A stretch of 64,000 nucleotides of DNA from Burkholderiales bacterium (GCA_020355165.1 CP070661.1:3421809-3485808), one strand, 5' to 3'; shown: positions 15,548 through 25,598, counted from the first letter of the stretch. Notes: generated by a model from the sequence alone, not told the origin. A program made the numbers and translations.

Positions 15548-16743
15548 GCAAGCCCCTCGCAGGTCTTCGCGTCCTCGACCTGACCCGCCTGCTGCCCGGC
15601 CCGGCACTGGGCATGCACCTGGCCGATCTCGGCGCCGACGTCATCAAGGTCGAGGACACCGGCGACGGCGACTACCTGCGCGGCTTCCCGCCGCTGGCGC
15701 GCAACGCCGCCGGGACCGAGGTCAACCCGGCCTTCGAGAACATCAACCGCGGCAAGCGCTCGATCTGTCTCGACCTGAAGCAGCCGCAGGGTCGCGACCT
15801 GCTGCTGCGGCTGGTCGACACCGCCGACGCCCTGGTCGAGGGCTTCCGCCCCGGCGTGATGGACCGGCTGGGCGTCGGCTGGGACACCCTGCACGCGCGC
15901 AACCCCCGGCTGGTGTTCTGCTCGCTGACCGGCTACGGGCAAAGCGGACCGCTCGCGCTGAAGGCCGGCCATGACCTTAACTACTGCGCGATGACCGGCG
16001 TGCTCGACCAGATCCGCGCCGGCGGCATGCCGGCGATGCCCAACCTGCAGATCGGCGACCTTCTCGGCGGCACGCTGACGACGCTGTCGGCGCTGCTCGC
16101 CGCCCTGCTCGGCGCACAGCGCTCCGGGCAGGGCCGCCGGGTCGACGCGGCGATGACCGATGGGCTGCTCGTGCACCACATCTTTCCACACGGTGACCTC
16201 GACGCAGGACAGGTGCCGGTGGCGGGCAGGACGCTGCTCACCGGCGGCGCGCCCTGCTACCAGATCTACCCGACCGCGGACGGCAGGCACCTGGCGGTCG
16301 GTGCGCTCGAGCTGAAGTTCTGGCAGGCCTTCTGCGACGCCGCGGGCTTGCGCGAACTGCGCAACAGGCACTGGACGCTCGGCCTGGTCCCGGGCAGCGA
16401 GGCGTCGGCCGAGGTCGGCAAGGCGGTGGCCGACCGGGTCCGCCAGAAGACGCAGGACGACTGGGGGCGGGTGTTCGCCGACGTCGATGCGTGCGTGACG
16501 CCGCTGCTGACCCCGGCCGAGGCGCTGGCGCATCCACACCATCACGCCCGCGGCCTGGTGCACCGGCGCGGCGGTGTCACGGCCGTCGGGCCGCTGGCGA
16601 TGATCGACGCAGCCGGCATCGCCGAGGGGCCGGCGCCGCGGGCCGGCGAGCACACGCGGCAGCTGCTTGCCGAGCTCGGCCTCGACGACGACGCCATCGT
16701 CTCGCTGCTCGCCTCGCGCACCGCTACCGAGGCCGGACCATGA
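15544..16743 (+). CDS. family III CoA-transferase (CaiB/BaiF), alpha-methylacyl-CoA racemase-like
   Basis: 399 aa with a GTG start in a GTGA overlap with the ABC-F stop. LAGLRVLDLTRLLPGPALGMHLADLGADVIKVE N-terminus and the GHDLNYCAMTGVL block characteristic of AMACR-type members. Confidence 0.85.
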
Positions 16744-17447
16744 TCGAACGCCGCCGCCTGCTGCTGATGCGCCACGGCGCGGTCGATTATTTCGACGCCG
16801 GCGGCCGCCCCTACCCGCCCGACAGCGTGCCGCTGACGACGCAGGGCGTGACCCAGGCACGCGCCATCGGTGCCGCACTGGCCGCCGGCGGCATCGCCAT
16901 CGACCGAGCACTGAGCAGCGGACTGGTGCGCACGCGCGAGACGGCGCAGCACGTGCTCGAGGCGGCGCGACTGTCGCCACCGCTCGAGCACTGGCCCGAC
17001 CTGCAGGAGATCCGTGGTGGCCGCCTGTCGGCGATCCGCGACGACGAGCTGCGCGACGCCTTCCTTGCCGCCTTCGAGGGGCCCGTACCACGCGACCGCC
17101 GATTCCTCGGTGGCGAGACCATCGGCGAACTGATCGACCGCGTGCTGCCGGCGCTGCAGCGGCTGCTGGCGGCCGACGACTGGGACACCGCGCTGCTGGT
17201 GGCACACGGCGGCGTGAACCGTGCCGTGCTGTCGTGGTTCCTCACCGGCCGCCACGAATTCCTCGGTGGGCTGGCACAGGACGCAGGCTGCCTGAACGTG
17301 ATCGACGTCGGCGCGACGCCTGCCACCAGCGTCGTGCGGGTGGTCAACTTCTGCCCGCTGGACACCCTGCGCACGGAGACGCGGCTGTCGACGATGGAAG
17401 AGCTGCTGCAGAAGTACCTGAAGCTGCGCGCGCGCAGCGCCGCCTGA
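16740..17447 (+). CDS. histidine phosphatase (phosphoglycerate mutase-like) family protein
   Basis: 235 aa with an ATGA overlap on the upstream gene. RHG catalytic motif (LLLMRHGAVDY), SSGLVRTRETA, and a second His in LLVAHGGVNR. Confidence 0.85.
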   Translation: MIERRRLLLMRHGAVDYFDAGGRPYPPDSVPLTTQGVTQARAIGAALAAGGIAIDRALSSGLVRTRETAQHVLEAARLSPPLEHWPDLQEIRGGRLSAIRDDELRDAFLAAFEGPVPRDRRFLGGETIGELIDRVLPALQRLLAADDWDTALLVAHGGVNRAVLSWFLTGRHEFLGGLAQDAGCLNVIDVGATPATSVVRVVNFCPLDTLRTETRLSTMEELLQKYLKLRARSAA

Positions 17448-17463
17448 TCATGCCGGAGCACCA

Positions 17464-18513
17464 ATGAGCCAGCTGAAGGAAGCCACCGAGCGCCACCGCT
17501 TCGACTCCGACCGCCTCGCCGAGTACCTCGCCGCGCATCTGCCCGGCTTCGCCGGGCCGCTGACGGTCAAGCAGTTCCAGGGCGGGCAGTCCAACCCGAC
17601 CTACCTGCTGACGACGCCGGACAGGCGCTACGTGATGCGCAGCAAACCCGGCCCGACGGCCAAGCTGCTGCCCTCGGCGCATGCGATCGAGCGCGAGTTC
17701 CGCGTGATGCGGGCGCTGCGTCCGCAGGGCATGCCGGTGCCCGAAGTGCTGCTGCTGTGCGAGGACGAGGCGGTGATCGGCCGCGCCTTCTTCCTGATGG
17801 AGCACGTCGACGGGCGCATCTTCTGGGAACAGTCGCTGCCCGGCCTGGCTGCCGCCGAGCGCGGCGCGATCTACGACGAGATGAACCGCGTGATCGCCGC
17901 GCTGCACTCGGTCGACGTCGAGCGTGCCGGCCTGGCCGACTACGGCAAGGCCGGCAACTACTTCGCCCGCCAGATCGGCCGCTGGAGCAAGCAGTACCGC
18001 GCCTCCGAGACCGAGGCGATCGAGGCCATGGACCGGCTCATCGAGTGGCTGCCCCGGCACGTGCCGCCCGGTGACGAGACCACCGTCGTGCACGGCGACT
18101 TCCGGCTGGACAACCTGATCTTCGATCGCAGCGAGGCGCGCGTGCTGGCGGTGATCGACTGGGAGCTTTCGACGCTCGGCCATCCGCTGGCCGACTTTTC
18201 CTACCTCTGCATCAGCTGGCACATCCCGCCGGGCGCCTTTCGCGGCATCGCCGGGCTCGACCTGGCGGCCCTGGGCATTCCGACCGAGGCCGAGTTCATC
18301 CGCCGTTACTGCCAGCGGACCCGCCGCGGCGGGATCGAGCACTGGAACTTCTATCTCGCCTACAACCTGTTCCGCATCGCCGCCATCCTGCAGGGCGTCT
18401 ACAGGCGCGCCCTGGAAGGCATGGCCAGCGCCGACAACGCGCTCGCCGCCGGCGCCAACGCCAGAGCACTGGCGCAGATCGGCTGGCAGTACGCCGCCAA
18501 GGCGCAGGCCTGA
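17464..18513 (+). CDS. phosphotransferase (APH-fold kinase) family protein, ACAD10/ACAD11-LvaA-like
   Basis: 349 aa. Contains QFQGGQSNPTYLL, YVMRSKP...LLPSAHAIEREFRVMRAL, catalytic HGDFRLDNLIF and DWELSTLGHPLAD. Confidence 0.85.
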   Translation: MSQLKEATERHRFDSDRLAEYLAAHLPGFAGPLTVKQFQGGQSNPTYLLTTPDRRYVMRSKPGPTAKLLPSAHAIEREFRVMRALRPQGMPVPEVLLLCEDEAVIGRAFFLMEHVDGRIFWEQSLPGLAAAERGAIYDEMNRVIAALHSVDVERAGLADYGKAGNYFARQIGRWSKQYRASETEAIEAMDRLIEWLPRHVPPGDETTVVHGDFRLDNLIFDRSEARVLAVIDWELSTLGHPLADFSYLCISWHIPPGAFRGIAGLDLAALGIPTEAEFIRRYCQRTRRGGIEHWNFYLAYNLFRIAAILQGVYRRALEGMASADNALAAGANARALAQIGWQYAAKAQA

Positions 18514-18623
18514 GCACGTCGCGGTGAAGGCCCGCGGGCGGCGCCCGGCGCCGGCCGCGCCGGCACGCATCGGCCACCGAAATGCCACGGCGATCGCGCC
18601 GGCAGGCGCGCTGCTCGAGTCGT

Positions 18624-18652
18624 TTGCCTGTTCGGCGGCGTTTGCCCATAAT
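18624..18652 (+). promoter_or_regulatory. candidate sigma-70 promoter for the ABC importer operon
   Basis: TTGCCT-N17-CATAAT, with -35 at 18624-18629 and -10 at 18647-18652, about 60 nt upstream of the TTG start at 18712. CGTTTGCC occurs twice (18621 and 18639). Confidence 0.3.
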
Positions 18653-18711
18653 GATCCGCGAGGAGGGGGACAGAGAGCGCGCGACGACGCGTTCCTCCGC
18701 TCGGAGACGAA

Positions 18712-19488
18712 TTGGCAGGCGATTGCATCCTCGAGACCCGCGGTCTCGTCAAGGAGTTCAAGGGTTTCGTCGCCGTCAGCGACGTGAACCTGCGCGTGCA
18801 GCGTGGCCAGATCCACGCCCTGATCGGCCCCAACGGCGCCGGGAAGACGACGGTCTTCAATCTGCTGACCAAGTTCCTGATCCCGACTCGCGGCAGCATC
18901 GTCTACAACGGGCACGACATCACCTTCGAGAAGCCGGCGCAGATCGCGCGTCGCGGCGTCATCCGCTCGTTCCAGATCTCGGCCACCTTTCCGCACTTGA
19001 CCGTCGTCGAGAACGTGCGGATCGGCCTGCAGCGAAAGCTGGGCACATCGTTTCACTTCTGGAAGTCCGAGCGCTCGCTCGAGACGCTGACACCGCGCGC
19101 GATGCAGTTGCTGGAGACGGTGGGGCTGACCGAGTTCGCCGACTATGTGACCGTGGAACTGCCCTACGGCCGCAAGCGGGCGCTCGAAATCGCCACCACG
19201 CTGGCGATGGAGCCAGAGCTGATGCTGCTCGACGAGCCGACCCAGGGCATGGGCCACGAGGACGTCGAACGCGTCACGCAGCTGATCAAGCGGGTCGCGG
19301 CCAACCGCACGGTGCTGATGGTCGAGCACAACATGCACGTGGTTGCGCAGATCGCCGACACGATCACGGTGCTGGCGCGCGGCGAGGTCATCGCCGAGGG
19401 TCCGTACGAGCAGGTCTCGAAGAATCCGCAGGTCCTCGAGGCCTATATGGGCAGTGCAGAGGCCGAACTGCAGGGCGCCCATGGCTAG
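18712..19488 (+). CDS. branched-chain-amino-acid-type ABC transporter ATP-binding protein (LivG-like)
   Basis: 258 aa with a TTG start preceded by GGAGA. Walker A GPNGAGKTT, signature LPYGRKRALEIA, Walker B LMLLDEPTQG, and a LivG-type C-terminal extension. Confidence 0.88.
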   Translation: MAGDCILETRGLVKEFKGFVAVSDVNLRVQRGQIHALIGPNGAGKTTVFNLLTKFLIPTRGSIVYNGHDITFEKPAQIARRGVIRSFQISATFPHLTVVENVRIGLQRKLGTSFHFWKSERSLETLTPRAMQLLETVGLTEFADYVTVELPYGRKRALEIATTLAMEPELMLLDEPTQGMGHEDVERVTQLIKRVAANRTVLMVEHNMHVVAQIADTITVLARGEVIAEGPYEQVSKNPQVLEAYMGSAEAELQGAHG

Positions 19489-20188
19489 CACCGAATTTTT
19501 GCGCATCACCGACCTGCACTCGTTCTATGGCGAGTCGCACATCCTGCACGGGGTCGACCTGATCGTGAACCGCGGCGAGGTCGTCACCCTGCTCGGCCGC
19601 AACGGCGCCGGCCGCACCACGACGCTGAAGTCGATCCTCGGCCTGGTGGGCCGGCGCACCGGCTCGATCGTGATCAACGGCGTCGAGGCGGTGCACCTGC
19701 CGCCGCACAAGGTGGCCCGAATGGGCATCGGCTACTGCCCCGAGGAGCGCGGCATCTTTGCCAGCCTGACGTGCGAGGAGAACCTGCTGCTGCCACCGGC
19801 GGTGGCCAGCGGCGGCATGACGGTCGACGAGATCTACGCGATGTTCCCGAACCTGCAGGAACGGCGGACAAGCCCCGGGATGCGGCTCTCAGGCGGCGAG
19901 CAACAGATGCTTTCGGTGGCGCGCATACTGCGCACCGGCGCCAAGTTGCTGCTGCTCGACGAGATTTCGGAAGGGCTGGCGCCGGTGATCGTGCAGGCGC
20001 TCGGCCGGGCAATCCGCATGTTGCGCGAGAAGGGCCTGACCATCGTGATGGTCGAACAGAATTTTCGCTTTGCCGCGCCGCTGGCCGACCGCTTCTACGT
20101 AATGGAGCACGGCCGCATCGTCGAGGGCTTTACCGCCGCGGAACTCGAGGCCAAGATGGGCATGCTGCACGAGTATCTCGGCGTCTGA
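19481..20188 (+). CDS. branched-chain-amino-acid-type ABC transporter ATP-binding protein (LivF-like)
   Basis: 235 aa from ATG at 19481, with an 8-nt overlap on the upstream gene. Walker A GRNGAGRTT, signature LSGGEQQML, Walker B LLLLDEISEGL. Confidence 0.88.
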   Translation: MASTEFLRITDLHSFYGESHILHGVDLIVNRGEVVTLLGRNGAGRTTTLKSILGLVGRRTGSIVINGVEAVHLPPHKVARMGIGYCPEERGIFASLTCEENLLLPPAVASGGMTVDEIYAMFPNLQERRTSPGMRLSGGEQQMLSVARILRTGAKLLLLDEISEGLAPVIVQALGRAIRMLREKGLTIVMVEQNFRFAAPLADRFYVMEHGRIVEGFTAAELEAKMGMLHEYLGV

Positions 20189-20238
20189 GGGACGCTTTTC
20201 CAACCGACTGACCATTCATTGATGAAGAAGGAGACAAC

Positions 20239-21456
20239 ATGAAATTCAAGCTCTTAACGACCCTGGTATCGGCCACTTTCGCGTTTGGCACCGGCGCTGC
20301 CCAGGCGCAGATTTCCGACGGCGTGATCAAGATCGGCGTACTGAACGACATGTCTGGCCTGTATGCCGACCTGACCGGACCGGGCTCGGTCATCGCCGCC
20401 AAGATGGCGGTCGAGGACTTCGGTGCGGCGAAGAAGGGCATGAAGGTCGAGGTCATCGGCGCCGACCACCAGAACAAGCCGGACGTCGGCTCGACGATCG
20501 CCAGGACCTGGTACGACACGGACAAGGTCGACGTGATCGTCGACGTGCCGACCTCCTCGGTCGCGCTCGCCGTCAATCAGATCACCAAGGAAAAGGGCAA
20601 GGCCTTCCTTGTGTCGGGTGCTGCGACATCGGACCTCACCGGCAAGGCCTGTTCGCCGAACACGATTCACTGGACCTACGACACCTGGATGCTTGCCAAT
20701 GGCACGGGCAGTGCGATCGTCAAGACCGGCGGTGACACGTGGTTCTTCCTGACCGCTGACTACGCGTTCGGCCACGCGCTGGAGCGAGACACCGCAGCGG
20801 TGGTGACCAAGAACGGGGGCAAGGTGCTTGGCTCGGTCCGCACGCCTTTCCCAGGCACGGACTTCTCGTCATTCCTGTTGCAGGCGCAGGCCTCGAAGGC
20901 GAAGATCATCGGCCTCGCTAACGCCGGCGGCGATACGATCAACTCGATCAAGCAGGCATCCGAGTTCGGCATCGTCAAAGGCGGGCAGAATCTGGCCGGC
21001 CTGCTGGTGTTCCTCACCGACGTCAAGGCGCTTGGCCTGCAGACCGCGCAGGGGCTGATCTTCACGGAAACGTTCTACTGGGATCGGGATGACGCCAGCC
21101 GCGCCTTCGCCAAGCGTTTTTCGGAGCAGGCGCCGCGCAACAACTATCCGACGATGATCCACGCGGGCGTCTACTCGTCGGTGCTGCACTACCTGAAGGC
21201 GGTCGAAGCGGCGAAGACCGACGATGGCACCAAGGTGATCGCCAAGATGAAGGAACTGCCGACCGACGACCCGCTGTTCGGCAAGGGCACCGTTCGTGCC
21301 GACGGCCGCAAGATTCACCCGGCGCTGCTGGTCGAAGTGAAGAAGCCCAGCGAATCGACGGGGCCGTGGGACCTGTACAAGATCCGCGCGACGATCCCGG
21401 CCGACCAGGCATTTAGGCCAATCGATCAGGGCGACTGCCCGCTGGTCAAGAAGTAG
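20239..21456 (+). CDS. ABC transporter periplasmic substrate-binding protein (type I PBP, LivK/LivJ superfamily)
   Basis: 405 aa. Signal peptide MKFKLLTTLVSATFAFGTGAAQA. GGAGA Shine-Dalgarno 6 nt upstream. IKIGVLNDMSGLYAD start typical of this solute-binding family. Confidence 0.88.
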   Translation: MKFKLLTTLVSATFAFGTGAAQAQISDGVIKIGVLNDMSGLYADLTGPGSVIAAKMAVEDFGAAKKGMKVEVIGADHQNKPDVGSTIARTWYDTDKVDVIVDVPTSSVALAVNQITKEKGKAFLVSGAATSDLTGKACSPNTIHWTYDTWMLANGTGSAIVKTGGDTWFFLTADYAFGHALERDTAAVVTKNGGKVLGSVRTPFPGTDFSSFLLQAQASKAKIIGLANAGGDTINSIKQASEFGIVKGGQNLAGLLVFLTDVKALGLQTAQGLIFTETFYWDRDDASRAFAKRFSEQAPRNNYPTMIHAGVYSSVLHYLKAVEAAKTDDGTKVIAKMKELPTDDPLFGKGTVRADGRKIHPALLVEVKKPSESTGPWDLYKIRATIPADQAFRPIDQGDCPLVKK

Positions 21457-21481
21457 GCGAACACCAGCCATCCGTTCTGCT

Positions 21482-21517
21482 GCGGACCCGATGCCGCGAC
21501 ATGTGCATCGGGTCCGC
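21482..21517 (+). promoter_or_regulatory. perfect 12-bp intercistronic stem-loop between the binding-protein and permease genes
   Basis: GCGGACCCGATG (21482-21493), a 12-nt loop, then CATCGGGTCCGC (21506-21517), with no mismatch. Lies 26 nt after the SBP stop and 16 nt before the livH-like start. Confidence 0.55.
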
Positions 21518-21532
21518 TGAGACCGACCTTCG

Positions 21533-22420
21533 ATGACGGAAATCCTAGGCGTCCCGACGCAGGCCCTGTTCGGCCAGTTGCTGATCGGCCTGATCAACGG
21601 CTCTTTCTACGCCCTGCTGTCTCTCGGGCTGGCCGTCATCTTCGGCCTGCTGAACATCATCAACTTCACTCATGGCGCCCAGTACATGATGGGCGCCTTC
21701 TGCGCTTATCTGCTGCTTGAGAAGCTCGGAGTCGGCTATTGGTGGGCGCTGGCAATCGCGCCCGTCGTGGTCGGCGCAACAGGCGTGCTGATCGAGCGAA
21801 CGATGCTGTCGAAGCTTTACAAGCTCGACCACCTTTACGGACTGCTGTTGACCTTCGGCCTGGCGCTGATCATCCAGGGCCTGTTTCGCAACGAGTACGG
21901 CGCCTCGGGGCAGCCATACCGGATTCCACCGGAGCTGACCGGCGGACAGAATCTCGGGTTCATGTTTCTCCCCAACTACCGCGGCTGGGTGATCATCGCC
22001 TCGCTGATCGTCTGCCTGTCGACGTGGTACGTGATCGAACGGACCAAGCTCGGCGCCTACCTTCGCGCCGCCACCGAGAATCCGCAGCTCGTGCAGGCCT
22101 TCGGAATCAATGTGCCGCGGATGATCACGTTGACCTACGGCTTCGGGGTCGGACTGGCCGCGCTGGCCGGGGTGATGGCGGCGCCGATCTACCAGGTCAG
22201 CCCGCAGATGGGCGGCGACCTGATCATCGTCGTTTTCGCGGTCGTCGTGATCGGCGGGATGGGTTCGATCCTCGGTGCGATCCTCACCGGCTTTGGCCTC
22301 GGCCTGATCGAAGGCTTGACCAAGGTCTTCTATCCGGAGGCCTCGAGCACCGTGATCTTCATCATCATGGCTATCGTGCTGCTGATCCGGCCGGCGGGCT
22401 TGTTCGGGACGCAGAAATGA
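21533..22420 (+). CDS. branched-chain-amino-acid-type ABC transporter permease (LivH-like)
   Basis: 295 aa, strongly hydrophobic multi-pass protein (LIGLINGSFYALLSLGLAVIFG). ATGA overlap with the second permease. Confidence 0.88.
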   Translation: MTEILGVPTQALFGQLLIGLINGSFYALLSLGLAVIFGLLNIINFTHGAQYMMGAFCAYLLLEKLGVGYWWALAIAPVVVGATGVLIERTMLSKLYKLDHLYGLLLTFGLALIIQGLFRNEYGASGQPYRIPPELTGGQNLGFMFLPNYRGWVIIASLIVCLSTWYVIERTKLGAYLRAATENPQLVQAFGINVPRMITLTYGFGVGLAALAGVMAAPIYQVSPQMGGDLIIVVFAVVVIGGMGSILGAILTGFGLGLIEGLTKVFYPEASSTVIFIIMAIVLLIRPAGLFGTQK

Positions 22421-23394
22421 TCGACTCCGCCGTCGGCGAGCGCGCCGCGCCCGTCTCGAAGATGGCTGAAGAGCTGCGCATCCAGCGCATTGCGTTCTTC
22501 GCGATGGCCGGGTTCCTGATCGTGGCGCCGTTCTTCATCTATCCCGTGTTCATGATGAAGGTAATGTGCTTCGCACTGTTCGCATGCGCCTTCAACCTGC
22601 TGATCGGTTTCGGCGGCCTGCTGTCCTTCGGGCATGCAATGTTTCTCGGCAGCGCCGGCTACGCGTCTGCGCACGCGGCGAAGATCTGGGGTTTCACGCC
22701 GGAGCTCGCGATCCTGTTTGGCACCGCGTGCGCCACCGGGCTCGGCTTTCTCGCCGGCCTGCTGGCGATTCGGCGGCAAGGCATCTACTTCGCGATGATC
22801 ACGCTGGCGCTGGCGCAGATGGTCTTCTTCTTTGCCCTGCAGGCGCCGTTCACCGGCGGCGAGGACGGAATCCAGGCGGTGCCGCGCGGCAGCCTTTTCG
22901 GTCTGGTCGACCTGACCGAGCCGCTGGCGATGTACAGCGTCGTCCTGGTCGTTTTCCTCGCCGGCTTCCTGCTGATCTACCGCGTCGTGCATTCGCCGTT
23001 CGGCCAGGTGCTGAAGGCGATCCGGGAGAACGAAAGCCGGGCGATCTCGCTCGGCTACGACACCGACCGCTACAAGCTGCTGGCCTTCGTGCTGTCGGCT
23101 GGCCTTTCCGGAGCTGCAGGAGCGACCAAGTCAATCGTCTTCCAGTTGGCTTCTCTGACCGATGTCTATTGGACGATGTCCGGTGAAGTGGTGCTGATGA
23201 CGCTACTCGGCGGGCTCGGCACGATTTTCGGTCCGGTTGTCGGCGCCGCGATCATCATCACGATGCAGAACTACCTGGCCCAGCTCGGCGCGTGGGTGAC
23301 CGTCGTACAGGGCGTGATCTTCGTGATCTGCGTGCTGGCGTTCCGCCGCGGCATCATTGGCGAACTCGGGCACTGGTTGAAGAAGCCTCTGTAG
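22417..23394 (+). CDS. branched-chain-amino-acid-type ABC transporter permease (LivM-like)
   Basis: 325 aa from ATG at 22417. Contains NLLIGFGGLLSFGHAMFLGSAGY and IRENESRAISLGY blocks typical of LivM-type permeases. Confidence 0.88.
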   Translation: MIDSAVGERAAPVSKMAEELRIQRIAFFAMAGFLIVAPFFIYPVFMMKVMCFALFACAFNLLIGFGGLLSFGHAMFLGSAGYASAHAAKIWGFTPELAILFGTACATGLGFLAGLLAIRRQGIYFAMITLALAQMVFFFALQAPFTGGEDGIQAVPRGSLFGLVDLTEPLAMYSVVLVVFLAGFLLIYRVVHSPFGQVLKAIRENESRAISLGYDTDRYKLLAFVLSAGLSGAAGATKSIVFQLASLTDVYWTMSGEVVLMTLLGGLGTIFGPVVGAAIIITMQNYLAQLGAWVTVVQGVIFVICVLAFRRGIIGELGHWLKKPL

Positions 23395-23462
23395 ACCGGC
23401 GTTGCGCAGGCAGCGCCGGCGGCCGACCGCATCGTTCTGTCGCCCGGACGACCGCTCCGAGC

Positions 23463-23954
23463 ATGAGCTCAACGCCACATGCGCCACGTCGCAGCGCCGC
23501 CGAGCAGCGCAGGCTCGAGGCGGCGCTCGCCGAACTGTTCGAGCATCTGGTCACCTTCAACCAGACGCTGGGCCTGAAAGTGGTGCGCCTCGGACCGGGC
23601 GGGCCGCAGCTTCGCTTCGAGATGCGGCCGGAACTGGTCGGCCACTACCAGCACGGCCGCCTGCACGGCGGGGTGATCTCGGCGACGCTCGACGCGATGG
23701 CCGGGCTGGCGATCATGGTCGCGCTCGGCGAGAAGCACCCCGAGGAGTCGGCCGACCAGGTCATGCACCGCTTCTCGCGGCTGGGCACGATCGACCTGCG
23801 CGTCGACTACCTCCGGCCCGGCATCGGCCGGCACTTCGTCGCCAGCGCCGAGGTCATGCGGCTCGGCGGCCGCGTCGGCTCGGCGCAGATGCGGCTGGTC
23901 AACGACGCCGACCTGCTGGTGGCCACCGGCACCGCCTCGTACATGCTCAGCTGA
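23463..23954 (+). CDS. hotdog-fold thioesterase (PaaI/YiiD_C-like)
   Basis: 163 aa from ATG at 23463. Contains HGRLHGGVISATLDAMAGLA, and the length fits a single hotdog domain. Confidence 0.7.
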   Translation: MSSTPHAPRRSAAEQRRLEAALAELFEHLVTFNQTLGLKVVRLGPGGPQLRFEMRPELVGHYQHGRLHGGVISATLDAMAGLAIMVALGEKHPEESADQVMHRFSRLGTIDLRVDYLRPGIGRHFVASAEVMRLGGRVGSAQMRLVNDADLLVATGTASYMLS

Positions 23955-23969
23955 CGGCCGCGGCGCGCG

Positions 23970-25544
23970 TCAGTCGACGACCGTCTGCGACTGCTCACGC
24001 AGGTACTGCGGCAGGTAATAAAAGGAGCCGATCGCCTTGCCGGTCGTGCCGCTCGCCTTCCAGCCGCCGAAGGGCTGGTAGCCGGGCCACGCACCGGTGG
24101 TCGCGCCCTGCGGTCGGTTCACATAGGTCACCCCGGCCTCGATGCGGTCGAGGAAGAACGGGATCTCGTCGCGCGCACCGTAGAAGCCGGCAGTCAGGCC
24201 GTACTCGCTGGCGTTGGCCAGGTCGATCGCCTGCGCCAGCGAGTCGACCTCGCCCACCAGCACCAGCGGAATGAACTTCTCCTCGCGCCACAGCCGGTAC
24301 TCGAGCGGCGCCGTGGCGACCGTCGGCGCGACGAACCAGCCGTTGGCGAGCGCGCCTGAATCGAGCGCCTCGCCGCCGGTATGGATCGCGCCGTGCCGGC
24401 GCAGGTTCTCGGCGCACTTCTGGTAGCGGGCGTAGGCGGTCTCGTTGATGACCGGTCCCATCCAGTGCTGGCGCAGCGTCGGGTCGCCGACCGAGATCAT
24501 CCGCGTCTTCTCGACCAGCAGCGACCGCAGCGCCTCGGCAACCGGCCGCTCGACATAGACACGCGAGCAGGCCGAGCACTTCTGCCCCTGCAGGCCGAAC
24601 GCCGAGCGCACGATGCCGGTGGCTGCGCGCTCCAGATCGGCGTGGCGGCTGACGATCGCCGCGTTCTTGCCGCCCATCTCGGCGATGCACGGCCGCGGCC
24701 AGGCGCCCTGCGCGAACAGGCGCAGCATCTGCATGCCGACCTCGTACGACCCGGTGAAAGTCACGCCGGCGACGCGCGGGTCGTTGACCACCGCTGCGCC
24801 GACCTCGCTGCCCGCGCCCGAGACGTAGTTCACCACACCGGCAGGCAGGCCGGCGTCACGCAGCACCTCGAGCAGCAGCCAGCCGCTCCAGGTCGTGTCG
24901 GTCGCCGTCTTGAACACCACCGTGTTGCCAGCAACCAGCGCGGCGCCGATCGGCCCACCGGCCAGCGCGAACGGGAAGTTGAACGGCGCGATCACCGCCC
25001 AGACGCCGTACGGCTTGAGCACGGTTCGGTTGCGGCTGACGAAGCCGGCCAGCGGATCGTTCGGCAAGACCCGGTCGAAGCCCTCGTTGGCCTCCATCTG
25101 GTCGCAGTACCAGCTGAACAGGTCGGCGGTCTCCTGCACTTCGCCCAGCGACTCCATGCGGTTCTTGCCGACCTCCAGTGCCACCGCGGCGCTGATGTCG
25201 TAGACGCGTTCCTCGATCAGCGCCGCCACCCGCCGCAGCAGCCGCACGCGCTCGCGCCATGGCGTCGCCGCCCAGCCCCGCTGCGCGCCGGCCGCCGCGC
25301 CGACCGCATCGGCGGCATCCTGCGCTGCGCCGCGCGCAAAGCGGCCCAGCAGCCAGTTGCGGTCGATCGGCGAGCGCACCTCGAAATGCGCGCGCCCTGC
25401 CCGCGGCGCACCGTCGATCCACTGCGGGTAGTCGCTCCCAAGCTGGCTACGCAGGCGCGCCAGCGACGCCTCGAACCGGTCGTGCAGCTCCGGCGGCGGG
25501 TCGAACATCGTCGAGTAGGTCAGGCGGAAGGACTGCGGGCTCAC
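23970..25544 (-). CDS. aldehyde dehydrogenase family protein, 1-pyrroline-5-carboxylate dehydrogenase-like
   Basis: 524 aa. General-base block EMGGKNA, catalytic Cys in GQKCSACSR, NAD-binding FTGSYEVG. Confidence 0.8.
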   Translation of the reverse strand: MSPQSFRLTYSTMFDPPPELHDRFEASLARLRSQLGSDYPQWIDGAPRAGRAHFEVRSPIDRNWLLGRFARGAAQDAADAVGAAAGAQRGWAATPWRERVRLLRRVAALIEERVYDISAAVALEVGKNRMESLGEVQETADLFSWYCDQMEANEGFDRVLPNDPLAGFVSRNRTVLKPYGVWAVIAPFNFPFALAGGPIGAALVAGNTVVFKTATDTTWSGWLLLEVLRDAGLPAGVVNYVSGAGSEVGAAVVNDPRVAGVTFTGSYEVGMQMLRLFAQGAWPRPCIAEMGGKNAAIVSRHADLERAATGIVRSAFGLQGQKCSACSRVYVERPVAEALRSLLVEKTRMISVGDPTLRQHWMGPVINETAYARYQKCAENLRRHGAIHTGGEALDSGALANGWFVAPTVATAPLEYRLWREEKFIPLVLVGEVDSLAQAIDLANASEYGLTAGFYGARDEIPFFLDRIEAGVTYVNRPQGATTGAWPGYQPFGGWKASGTTGKAIGSFYYLPQYLREQSQTVVD

Positions 25545-25598
25545 GGTGCATCACTCCGGTCAAGATTGTCGTGGCACAGCCATCGCACGTCGCGCTGG

